Assembly: GCA_051362555.1 (NCBI GenBank)
Contig: CM120645.1
Coordinates: 12,152,001 to 12,216,000, forward strand
Origin: Lingula anatina
Taxonomy: Eukaryota; Animalia; Brachiopoda
Reading direction: 5' to 3'
DNA: 64,000 bases
Each line of letters begins with the position of its first letter. Positions within the stretch are counted from its first letter, which is position 1. The notes beneath the pieces are model-generated. The model was not told where the DNA came from. It worked only from the letters and a program-made list of their open reading frames with translations, and ran no database searches. Positions 52,284 through 64,000 of the stretch are shown piece after piece. The translations under genes were made by a program, and so were the position numbers.

Positions 52284-55200
52284 CAGTGCCGCCTGAAATT
52301 CCCTTTACTTACTCTGCGGGTCGCTGCGGGTTGTTCAGACGGCCTGGCTCGGTAACTATGGAAATAACATTGTCATCCATGCGCTGTTTGGTTTCTGTTA
52401 ACAATAGTGCCATGCCATGCCCGTTGGGTAATTATCGTGACAAACTTTCTGCTAACAAAAGAGCCTAACCCTAGCTCGCTGAGATAAAGATCGAAGCTGA
52501 GCGTGGTCGCAATTAAGTGTTCGTCCAAGCGTTATTTGACAAGGCGAAGGGTGGCCGGCCGAAAGACTGACTCCTTGGGTCTGTAGCACACCAAGTAGAA
52601 AGTGCGAACGTGACCGGCGTAAATATTATTAAAGTAGGTAGATCACAATCCGCTAGGGGCGCTACAGTCGTAACTGTCCACGGGCAGTGAAGTGTAAAAC
52701 TGAAGTCGGCCTGCTGACAGTTCGCCTATGGAACCCCTTTTTTAAATCTCTCTTTTAGCGCCGCGTAAAAAAAACTAATACAAGCCATTAACTAAATAAG
52801 TTGTAAATCAAAGAGTAAAATCCGGTCACGTGATTTTCCCATGTTGCAGTCTTTGACAAGTTTCGGTTCTGCTTGTTTTAAGCTTTGCCTCTACAAAATG
52901 ATAAAAAAAATTCAGGTAAGTGCTGGTATCATCTTTTTGAAATTTATATCCAGCAAAGTTTATGAAATTTGCTATATTATGTACAAAAATCATGAAATTT
53001 GAAGGTTGCGAAGTATAGTTAATTTAATCCGCAATATTACATGATGTGAAAATTACCACAGGGAAATAGCTTTGCCCTGATTAGTCACAGGCTATGTGAG
53101 CCAGACAATAGGCTGAGCACACAAAGACTCACAGGGTGCTCTGCTGCGCCTGAGTGATCACTGCTGGTCAGTGGGCACAGGTTTTGAGCTGAGAAGTGTG
53201 GACACTTTTGGTGGATTTTTGCAGTTAAAAAACTTCAATATCTTTGTTGCTTGTAGGAATATTTAAAAAATTCCAAATGATTTCATCCGGTTTTTGCATT
53301 ACCTTTCAGATGATATAAGTATTTTAATTTTCTGATCAGTTTGAAAATTTTTCTGATATACCTAATTAAAGAAATTAGCCTAAATTTTGATACAACTGTT
53401 TCTCTTTCATTCTTTGATATTAACTCCGCACCTATGTTATACAAAACGATAGGAATAGTTCATCTTTACGATCTAAACTCAAAACCAAAAACCTTCTTCA
53501 TACTTAAAAGAATCATAGAAAATTAATGTAAAAAGCTGGGTTATAATATCTCGGGCTAACTTCACTGTTTGGCACGTGTCATCTGACATTAATTAACAAT
53601 CAGTTCAGGTTAGCTTTATTCATGCCGGGTAAACACAGCGATTTAGCTCTGACTATTACATAATCACTACTGTGTGACACGCGTCGTCTAAAATTAATGT
53701 TAACATTGCGATGTCGCTCTTCAATCCAAACTATTCAATTTTACCTAATTCTTAATAATCTGACACGTGTCAACAGGATTGTTTGTGTCTCTGGACTTCC
53801 TAAATGGCCAGTTAGTATTTTGTATAATATGACATGTTTATGTCACTGAAAATGAAGGCCATAAAGTGTCGCGACAAGCCATTTACTATGTGTTAAAGAA
53901 ATACGACGAAGGGTTTGGTATTGCCAATAAGACAAGCAGTGGACGTCCTTCAAAGGTTGACCTGCGCTACATGAACGTTATAGACGAGGAGATGACCAAG
54001 AATGATGAATTGGTGGCCTCAAAACTAAAAACACGTCTCTTTGAGCGAACAGGTCATTTTATTGAGCAGCATGGTATGAATTGGTTTCGCACCCCTCCAG
54101 AAAGCCCGGGCCTCAACCCTATTGAAAACGTATGGGCTCAAATCAAACACCACCTGCATTAAGCCGACCACGAGAGATCAACTTGTTGAAGGCATTAGAG
54201 AGGCATGGAAAATATTAACGCAGAAAAGTGTAATAAATATATCAATCACCTAAAGAAGGTGATTCCAGCGGTAATTGAGAGAGAAGGTCGTGCATCAGGC
54301 TATTAAACTAGCAACACATGTAATAAAAATAATAAGACATTGATATTCAATTAGTAGGCTTGTTAAGGACCAAAAATTGGCTAAACGCTGCATTTTGGAG
54401 TATAAATGTCTAACTTGGCAAAAATGTTCCTTGGGCCAAAATATTTTTTTATCCAAAGAGACACGCTCTATCGATGCATAAATAAGCATAAATTATGCAA
54501 ATTAGGTGCCAAAATATATAATATATCAAATTTCCACTAATTTTTGGCCTAGAAGCATGTATAGATTATCATTTTGTGCCTTAAATCAAAGATGGCCGCC
54601 ACCCGCCATTTTGAAAGTGGACATAATTTTGCTGTTTTATGTTGAATTTTGAAGCGTTTGGTCTACATAGACTTGATATATATATATATATCGATTCCTA
54701 CTATTTTGAGGGTGCAAAAGACATTTTTGATATTGTTTTGGTGATAGAAGGTGATTTGAAGGGACAAAGAGGGTGTTTTTAGTGCCTACCAAGATATGTG
54801 TGAACGCTGCAAAGCCATGGATATTGATAACCCGTATTCAAATATATCTCAATACAATATTTTGTTATATACCATCGCTATTCGACTATATTATGAGCAA
54901 AAAAAATCTCATTTTTACCATTATGGAGGCCATTGGTGGCCGTTTTATCCAAGATGGCCACCAAAAACCATTTTGAAATTGGGCATAATTCGTTATTTTG
55001 AAACTTTATGTATTACATCTTTGTAAACGAGTAATACGTCGTTTTATATTATTATCTGGTGCAGAATACATTATCTGTTTCATAAAATGTGCGTACAAAC
55101 TATTTTAGCCTCCAAAATCAATATACATGTAGGCTTAAGTTGTCACATAGACTTTCATGTGCCATGTAGTCTAATTAATACAAAATGTTTTATAAAATCC

Positions 55201-57830
55201 TAAAGAGCTTGAAAAAAGTGTAAGAGACCAAAATGGCTTAATTAAAGGTAAAAAATACATACTTGGTGCTTTTTAGACAATTGGTAGCCATTTTGATCCT
55301 CAAATCCAAGATGGCCGCCAGTCACAATTTTGAAATACGCATAGGCATAACTCATCAATTCGAAGCTATTACTCTTACACTAGCATGTTATACGTCCTTT
55401 CTTATCATTTGGGTTGTAGAAGTCACGTGTCTTATCTCTTGTGAGATATAATACAAAAATAAAATATTACAAGGCTCCAACACCAATATAGGCTTCCGTC
55501 TTCACCTTCGCTTGTATACGTCTTGAAGTCAAATCTGTGCAAAAAATTTTATATAACAATTTTAAAATGGTTTTGCCAGACATAGATTAAGTGCAAGAGA
55601 CCAGCATGGTTGATTCGACTTTACGGTGACTACTGTTAGCTTTTCTTTTGTTCATATCCAAGAGCCTGTCGCTATTTTAAAATTATGGCATAATTTACCT
55701 TTTTTGAGCTGTTGGACTTTCATATGATCGTAATTCATCAATTGTTACTATTTTGGAAGTACATAATTAATTTCTGGTATTGTTCTGGTGACAGAGGATA
55801 ATAAAAAAGGCATAAGATGATTCCAAGATGAATTTTCCTGTAGTTGTCATATGCTGTAGATGTTTTGTGCTTGTTCGTCCATTGGAAGCAATGAGAACTA
55901 TGTAGTCGCCTTGTGGATTTCTATTTGTAGTGAGGTGACTTGTATGGCCAAATCATGCTAGGAAGGATCACTGGCACTGTCAACTAGGAAAGGAGGCTGC
56001 TTCCTGGACTTTTTTTTTTTTTTTTTGCATTATCCCTCTTGCTTACCTGCGCAGCTGCTGCTTTCTAGTTGGTTTTGCAGATTCCTTCTTTTGTGTAAAG
56101 ATACCACTTTCCTCTGATGCGACATGTTCCCATGCATTGATGTTTCTCTGGAAACTGGATTTTAATATATTGTTTGGCTGTTCCTCATAGGACACTGACA
56201 AAACCTCAATTATTACTGGCTGTTGTATTATTGGCCTACCAGAGCTGATCATGCATGTTTCTTTTTGCTGTGCTGCTGTATAATTTTGCAGACAAGATCT
56301 GGAGCTATTTCAAAGCAAAGTCCATTTGCTTGCCTTTCACGGCCATTTACGCATCAACACAACTAACCAAGTTCCATAGTATTATAAGACGACACATTTT
56401 TCGCCCTTCAAATCTTCTGGACTATATTTAACATGCAAATGCAAGCCCCAGTGACTGGGACATAAATGGCTTTTTGGTTCACATTGACCAGTAAAAGATT
56501 AATAATATACTACCACTACGTATATTTATTTATTGCTTACCTTTAAATTAATTAGTATCTTTTGGTGGGTGGTCACCTAAGATAAATCTAGATGATATAT
56601 TTGAGCATGTGGTTCGGGTTCCACATTTTTGTAACAGACTCAACGAAACCCATCTTGGATCTTGCAAATATGACGTATGGCACGCTTATGAAGGTGTGAT
56701 AGTTTCAAAATTATGCCCAATTTCAAAATGGTTTTTGGTGGCCATCTTGTATTTGAAGGATAAAAGGGCCACCAATGGCTTCCATAATGGTAAAAATGAG
56801 TTTTTTTGCTCATAATTTAGTCCAATATCGATAGTATGTAACAAAAAATTGCAATGAAATATATTTGAATACGGGTTATCAATATCCATGGTTTTGCAGC
56901 GTTCACACATATCTTGGTAGGCACTTAAAACACCCTCTTTGTCCCTTCAAATCACCTTCTATCACCAAAACAACATCAAAAATGTCTTTTGCACCCTCAA
57001 AATAGTAGGAATCGATATATATATATCAAGTATATATAGACCAAACGCTTCAAAATTCAACATAAAACAGCAAAATTATGTCCACTTTCAAAATGGCGGG
57101 TGGCGGCCATCTTGGATTTAAGGAACAAAATGGCCACCAATTGCTTCCATAGTATCAAAAATGAGTTCCTTTTCCCTAATTTAGTCAGGTTTGATAATCT
57201 ATACATGTTTCTACCCGTAGGTAAAAAATTAATGGAAATATGATATATTACATATTTTGGCACCTAATTTGCATAATTTATGCTAATTTATGCATCGATA
57301 GAGCGTGTCTCTTTGGATAAAAAAATTATTTTGGCCCAAGGAACATTTATGCCAAGTTAGACATTTGTACTATAAAATGCAGCGTTTGACCCCTTAACAA
57401 GCCTACTAAATTGATGTATCAGCTATTTAAAATTATTCATTTTAACTACGCTTGTGTTGATCGTGACTTATTATCATCAAGTGAACCTCAAATAAAATTG
57501 TTTTTCGTGTTAAAACTAAGCCCGATTTGTTCTTCAGAGTTTCGTTCTCATATTCCATCTGCCTTTAATCTAGTCATCTGTTGCAGTTGATACAACATAA
57601 CCCGGCATTGTTTGCTCGTGTCGATAGCAACCTCTTTGCATCAGCTATAATAGAAAATTTAAGTGAGGCAATTAAGAAGGAGCAGACCGTGCTCGTTGAA
57701 CCGACTAATTTGGGTGTCCAATAAGGATTACCTGCCAATTCCCCTACCCTGTAATTATCATGCGGCCACTATTGTTCGACAATACGGGGCAGCGTTGGGA
57801 GACCATGCGGCCTTTTGGTAAGGGGAACTT
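52284..57830 (+). mobile_element. Degenerate Tc1/mariner element (~2.5 kb of its own sequence) interrupting a Gal3ST 3'-flank repeat
   Basis: TA|CAGTGCCGCCTGAAATTCCCTTTAC at the left end and partial inverse GTAAGGGGAACTT at 57818-57830. Host repeat breaks at 52283 and resumes at about 57838. Internally deleted transposase at about 53840-54306 (SGRPSKV; PPESPGLNPIENVWAQIK; VIEREGRASGY*). Confidence 0.75.
54352..57408. mobile_element. Non-autonomous Academ-like DNA transposon (3.06 kb) with ~650-700-bp TIRs, nested in the Tc1 element
   Basis: Ends TAGTAGGCTTGTTAAGG / CCTTAACAAGCCTACTA, 3-bp duplication AAT (54349-54351, 57409-57411), arms about 54352-54990 and 56700-57408, repeated AAGATGGCCGCC-like motifs. 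TAG termini with a 3-bp TSD fit Academ. Confidence 0.75.
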
Positions 57831-58350
57831 GGATCAATATGGATCAATTGCCGCATCGAATCAAATGTCTGCACTTAATTAAAATATATTATTACATTTG
57901 CAATCGTAGCCATAATGTCTACTAGTAACCCTAAGCAACATATTGCCGTAATTTTTAAACGCATTGATTGTACAAGCATAAGGATGAATGGACGTCTAGA
58001 ATTTCTGAGACAGACAATTTTGTGCGGGAACGCCCTCTCGTGTTGTTGTAGAAAGATGATTACACACATATGCTATATACAGTCGTATTCCAACTATTTC
58101 ATATAAACAACACCATTTGATGACAAGCACTATAATAAACACTTTAAATAACAGAAATAAGCCAGCCCTCATCACTACAAGCCCACCTAGCGTGAGTAAT
58201 AAAAATAATCCACGAAAAAAATCTGAACAGTTTAAAATTATACATTATTGTATTAACCCCAGTCTTTAACAACTAGACCGCCACACAATTTCCATTTTAT
58301 GTATTTCCATGATTTTTCGACACCTTGGTTGTCCAGGCCTTGCGGAAGAT

Positions 58351-59761
58351 TTAACAGCGGGAATATATGCCCGACATTTGATTGCCAAGTTCGTTTTTAC
58401 AATCCGTTAAATGTTTAAAATTACCCCCAGTGCATTTGCTGAGCACCGCGACTGCTTGACGGAGGAGCGAAACCTCACGCTCAAAGTCCGACCCTTGCGA
58501 CAAAACAGTGTTCCGTAACTTGGAAAGGAAGTGGTTATATAATTGATAGTCAGCTTTGCTCCACATCCTATGTTTCTTCATAGTCATTTCATCGTTCACG
58601 TTTTTGTATTCATATTCCTTTTTCTTTCTTACAACATATAAGATGTCGTCCATGTCCCAGCATAGCAAGCGGCGTAGTAACACCAAACTTTCATCAAACA
58701 TTTCTAAGACGATTACAAAATCGAATTTCTGTTCCAAGAACCCGATGTATTCAGCAATAAATCTGTCGTTGTTCCTGAGATCAGTTCTATCATCTGGGAA
58801 TCCGTACTCATACATCATGCCGTTTCTAATGAACCCAACGTGGCTTGTGACATAGTCGTCGCTCCAATACTTGTATGGATTTTCCATAAATTCCACGATA
58901 GGGTTCGTGGAGTTTTTCATATTGAAAAATTCCGCAATATGATAATAATTGAAGGCGCTTTTAAAATGGGAAAATGGTTCGCGAACTATACCGATATAAA
59001 ACGTATCATTTGGCATCATGGTTTCTATCACCTTGGAGTCAAAAAACATGTGTTTGAAAATGATATCATACGTTTTTTTCGGGTCATATTTGGCGTCGTT
59101 CACGGTTATTTTCCTACGGATCATATCCAATGTAGATGTCCATGGGTAAAAAAATGTCTTGTTTTTAGGACGAAGAGGTCTTAACCTATATTTGCGTGAA
59201 GATCGAAGTAACAATTCGGCCATGGTAGATGAACCACATTTATGCACTTTTAGAAACATAATATGTCGGGTAGGCTGGCATTTTCCTTTTGGGAGGCATT
59301 TTATGGGAGATACGTTGTAGGAAGACTGCGACAGTAAATGCTGAATGTTCCTAATTCCACCTGCAAGCATAATAATAATAATAAAAGTAATTATTATTAT
59401 TCTACTATCATTCATATTATTATAAATAGATAATAATAATGTTTTATATAAAATTTAAAAATAGATAAGTAGATAAGAAGAGCTTTTTGTTACAAGTAAG
59501 ATAACATAAAAAATTAGTGACGAATCGATATGTAGAATCTAAATTTTTTTCTGGTGCATAAGACTGATGCTTACTTTATTTTTAAAAACCATTCATGCAC
59601 AAGGTAAAAGTCGTCCTACCTTTAAGAACACTTCGGTTTGGAGGTGGTGACAATGGGATAGGAGTCAATATAGGACCTCTCATAAGACGTGGTAATAACA
59701 AGTAGACCGCAACGCACAGGAATAAAGGCACCACAGCGACTAAAAATCTTCTCGACGACAT
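58351..59761 (-). CDS. Galactose-3-O-sulfotransferase-like protein, copy 4 (383 aa, most divergent)
   Basis: Exons 59761-59620 and 59360-58351; intact motifs FLKVHKCGSST and IVREPFSHFKSAF. Confidence 0.9.
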
Positions 59762-60991
59762 GGTCAATATCTACTAACGTAGTACATTAACAATTAACAA
59801 TCCTTTAACAATCCATTAACAATCCTTCCGTTGCTCTCGGTTTGTGCTAGCTGCTACAGTTAATATAAACATTCGTATGAACGAATGATGTATTGTCGTC
59901 TTAACCGACACATAAAGTTGACGTGTCGTACATTAGATCGCGCATATGAGCATGCATGCTGGATTTGTAACAGCAATGTTACAAGGGAACGTTGCAATAA
60001 AACAGGCACGAATGACGATGGTACTAAATAATTTACAGCAACCAATTATTCGAATCGTCTTTCTCTCGGAAAATAGATGCAATTTAGAACAGTGCCCATT
60101 ATGCCCGGTTGTCAATTGGATGTGAGAAATGATGAATAAAATCTTCAAAGTCTCTTCTATGGACCATTGAACCAAATGTCTGCATTTATTAAACTGTATA
60201 TCATTGTATTTGCAGTCGTAGCCACAATGTCTAACTGAAAGCAACCTATTGGTGTAATTTTAAAACACGTTGATTGTACAGGGATAAGGATGAATGGATA
60301 TCTAGAATTTCTAAGAGAGACAGATGTGTGCAGAAAGACCCTATCTGTTGTTCAAGAAAGATGATTTTACAGTCGCATTCCATCTATTTCATAAAAACAA
60401 GCACGATAATAACAAGCTTTAAATAACAGAAATAAGGTAGCCCTCATCATGACAAGCCCACATAGCGTGAGTAATAAAATAATTCATGAAAATATATCTG
60501 CATTGTTAAAAATTATACATTGGCCTCTTCCTTGTTTCAACTCCAGTCATTGACATTTAGACCACATTCTCCATTTTATGTGAAATTCTTTTTATTTGTG
60601 AAAAGATTAGTCACAGCCCTCATTAAATCAATTTAGGTATAGGCCTACAATGTACGTTATGGTTATAAATCTTCTATTAACCGTTTTGCATATAGGTGAT
60701 CACAAAATATTTTTTCATTTATGTCTCCTCCATCCCAGTGTACCACAAACTTTCATAGTCCCATTCATAACAAGAGAGAAGGCTACAAAGACTATCGATT
60801 GTTCGTGATTTGGCCAAACAAGGCCGCTTTTATTATATAAACTCACTATCCTAATAATTTTAACAATAATAACAATGTAGCAAATTGTTGCCTGCATTAA
60901 ATGTTATGGCCTTAGGGATAAAAAATATATATGAAATATTCAATAAGACTCATCATCCTAAAAATTATGATGTGACGAGTCAGCAAAAGTT

Positions 60992-61542
60992 CAGGCCTAA
61001 CCAACTACCAGACTCGGCACCTAAGGATCCTGAATTAACCGGTATATCGGACCACACTACCCGTTTTCAAGGTGTGTGTCAGATCGCATTTCGGAGTATC
61101 AGCCAGAACACCGACAGGATGAGCCCTGGCATGCTCGGCTGTCACCTTGATTGGATAGTAAACGATTGTCGTAAAATCGCTATATGATTTTAAAACCGGG
61201 TGCATAAATTTGAAAGCCACCTAGATGCACCTTAGACTGTCACATTATTCTAATACAATGCAAAAAAGCCCTATCAAAAGTGGTTAAAACATTCAAACCG
61301 AATGTCGTAAAGTCCCAATATATCCCCATAGAGACAATAAAATGGAGTACTCTAAAGTAAGAGTACAGTTTAAGGTTGTTCAGCCGAGCGTGGATGAGCC
61401 CGCAGTCGTGCTACAAAATTTTTTCTGGGGTATGATACTCCGAAATGAGATCTGACACACACCTTGAAAGCGGGTAGCGTGGTCCGATATACCGGTTAAT
61501 TCAGGATCCTTAGGTGCCGAGTCTGGTAGTTGGGTAGGCCTG
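60992..61542. mobile_element. 550-bp MITE, copy 2, in opposite orientation to copy 1
   Basis: Near-identical reverse complement of 47416-47965; flanks AAGTT/ACGTT. Confidence 0.9.
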
Positions 61543-63977
61543 ACGTTATTATTTTCAAACAATTTTGCACAAATTTCGTTTGTGGGGTTGCAATGAGAAA
61601 CTACCCTTTTCTGCCTTGCATACAGGTTCTACTGATTGCATATCATGACAAATATTTTAGTAAATTTTCACGTTAACATTCTAAAACACAGCCATTAGTT
61701 GACCCAGTTATAAGAAATTGGTGATGAAGATCAAGGGAGCTGGTCATGTTATAACCACACTATGTGAACTCTTGCTTCTTACGTGATACAATGTAACCCG
61801 GATACAACAGTTAAGGAAAATGCTTTTGGTATTTTGGTACTTTAAACGAATGAATAATAGGAACTAATACCTAGATAAATAAAAAAATTCAGTTTATAGA
61901 TTTAATTAATACATTTAATAGAATGAAGAGGGGCTACCTTACCAAATTTCCCTCGGTATTCGATGACACTTGGCAGACATTGTTATCAGGTTTGTCGTTT
62001 GCTGGTTACGTCGTATGTGAGCATTTCATATCTTTTCTCCAAATTCTGCTGGTCTTGTTTTCATGCCTATTTCCGGTGACGCGAATGTGCTGTTAACCAA
62101 TTTTGCGTTACCGAAAAAAAGGCACTTTACATATAAATGTAGATGTGTGTAGCTTATTTGCCTTTAGGATATCTGTGGACTTGCAACAATAATACAGAAA
62201 AAATGTAATTGCCTTTATGTATATAGTATTATATTATTGGTTATATCATAGAAGTAGTATATAGTACATAATATAGATGGGTAAAGTTCTGAGAAAAAAG
62301 AAATGCAAGAATGTCAGCACACGATTTTGCGTAAATTTTCTTAAATAGATATACTTGTAACATTAAGTTATACTAGTTTGTTGAGAGGTAATTGCACACG
62401 AGTATCTTGTATTAATGCTTATTCATGAAATATTTATGTATGTACCATGCACTAGATCGCGCATGCACGTGCACGCATTGTGGATAAAAGAAACCTTTAA
62501 AAACATTAATAGTAAAACTGTTGCTACCTGGTTACACGTGTCTATATCTAACGGGTCCAGTCATAACTTTGGTTTATAATTTTATTTAGACGGAATGAGG
62601 AGGGCTGTTGCTCTTTTAAATATATTTAACGTGTAATTATGATGTGTTAGTTCTTTCAGAAACTTAATCTAAATTAGTACGTATTCTCTGGGATACCGTC
62701 TTTTAACAAAGGTATATATATATAGGATAATTTTCTGGAATATGTGGACAACGTTTTGTCCGTCAGGTACAGGGGTCTACCGGTACCAATCGGGTGACCT
62801 AAGTCATTGGTATCACGTGCAAGCCCATTTAGTCAGAAGTCACAATATGTATGGTGGCAGGGTTCAGGGTCCAATACACGGATGTTGGGAATGAAGTGGT
62901 TTCCCTTGGATCAATTAATAGTGGACTGGATGTCATAGCGTAAGCACCATATCTGAGCGTGTAAAGGTTACTGTCTTGAAGTTTTTGAGAAAAGACAGGG
63001 AGGAGCAAAATATATTCGAAGAACTTAAAAGAATGGGCAGTGTCCAATAACTTGATGAACAAAATAGATTATTTTACTTGTCATTAGTATGCTTTGAAGA
63101 CCAATATACAGAGTGCAAATGATCTTCCTTAACACCTTTCCAGTGCCAGTCTGCCACACCAGAATCTCGCCACACAAGCAATGCTGGAAACTGAACCGAA
63201 CAGAACCATTGACTGACTCAGTGGTTTACCAGCACCAAAAGCAATACTGAAGCTTCTCTATTGTGAAGTTCCAGGTCATTTAGACTCCCTAACTGTGCTT
63301 GCCTACAGAAAAATCTACAGTGATCTAAGCTATGCGGGTTGAAAACTTGCGATAGTAAGAGTAATGAAGATGAAGATTTAAGCAACAGGCTGTTATATAC
63401 CACGACCGTTTACATAATGAAAGCGTCTGTTTTGTAACTGTTACCACACGCAATCTGACTTTTGACTTAATGGGCTTTCGTATGTGATACCAATGAACCA
63501 TGGTCACCCGTTTTGCATTTTACAGTTTGGATGAAGCTTGTTTCATTGTTTGTTTGCTCTCTCTCCTGTTGTTGAAAAAAGATGATTATACATATATGCT
63601 TTACAGTCGCATTCCACCTATTTCATAGTAACGACACCAGTTGATGACAAGCAATATAATAACAAGCTTGAATAACAAAAATGCGGCAGCCCTCATCATT
63701 ACACACCCAAATAACGTCAGTATAATTCTTGAAAATATATCTGGACAGTATAAAATTATCCAATATTATATTAACTCCAGTCCTCATCAATACAAGCCCA
63801 CATAGCGTGAGTATAATAAAATAGTCCATGAAAATAAATCTGCAAAGTTTAAAATTATACATTATTTAGAACATTATTTTATTAATCCCAGTCATGAGCA
63901 ACTAGACAGCCACACATTTTCATATATGTATTTCCATGATTTTTCGATACCCTCGTTGCCCATCACTTGCCGAAGCT

Positions 63978-64000
63978 TTAATAATGGGAATATATGCCTG
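63978..64000 (-). CDS. C-terminal tip of a fifth sulfotransferase-like copy, continuing beyond the window
   Basis: Minus strand reads ..GIYSHY-TAA, matching GIYSHC-TAA of copies 1-3, followed by the homologous 3' flank (about 63550-63977). Confidence 0.75.

Larger units (their letters stand above)
38417..63977. repeat. Dispersed copies of the Gal3ST 3'-flank block, including gene-less copies
   Basis: Shared markers TAGATCGC(A/G)CATG, GAATCGTCT..ATAGATGCAATTTAGAACAGTG and GAAAGATGATTA at about 38417-39150, 41085-41645, 43586-44410, 51080-51300, 52058-52283 plus 57838-58350, 59935-60580 and 63550-63977. Confidence 0.8.

Noticed and set aside
54773-57263. Mirror-image ORFs in the long inverted repeat (MCERCKAMDID.. 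and MCERCKTMDID..)
   Set aside because: They arise from the TIR symmetry, diverge by frameshift and show no protein motif.
58351-59415. ORF-track N-termini with poly-Ile (also 42318-42800) as signal anchors
   Set aside because: These translate intronic (ATT)n microsatellite. The real anchor is in the upstream 142-nt exon.

Overview
AT-rich, intron-containing eukaryotic DNA from an invertebrate animal (probably a lophotrochozoan; inferred from gene content). No prokaryotic features, CRISPR, rRNA or intact tRNA were seen. From left to right: (1) the last 25 exons (~1,590 aa) of a very large extracellular glycoprotein built from ~165-aa tandem modules followed by an F5/8 type C (discoidin)-like domain; (2) a 10-exon multipass membrane protein resembling the UPF0658/DUF7789 family, with a perfect CLEAR motif upstream and lysosomal sorting signals; (3) three genes for an apparently unnamed secreted prepro-peptide (signal peptide, acidic pro-region, KR, 88-aa six-cysteine mature peptide), two of them a head-to-head inverted pair with near-identical exons; (4) a single-pass, Tyr-motif-rich adaptor-like gene plus a pseudogene copy; (5) a tandem array of at least five galactose-3-O-sulfotransferase-like genes on the minus strand, from whose duplication unit the adaptor gene was repeatedly lost; (6) many transposon relics: a BEL/Pao integrase fragment, a Tc1 element carrying a nested Academ-like element, and several MITEs, some with 5-bp target duplications. 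Exon boundaries were read by eye from GT-AG sites and checked for frame continuity. Family names come from motif recognition, not database searches.
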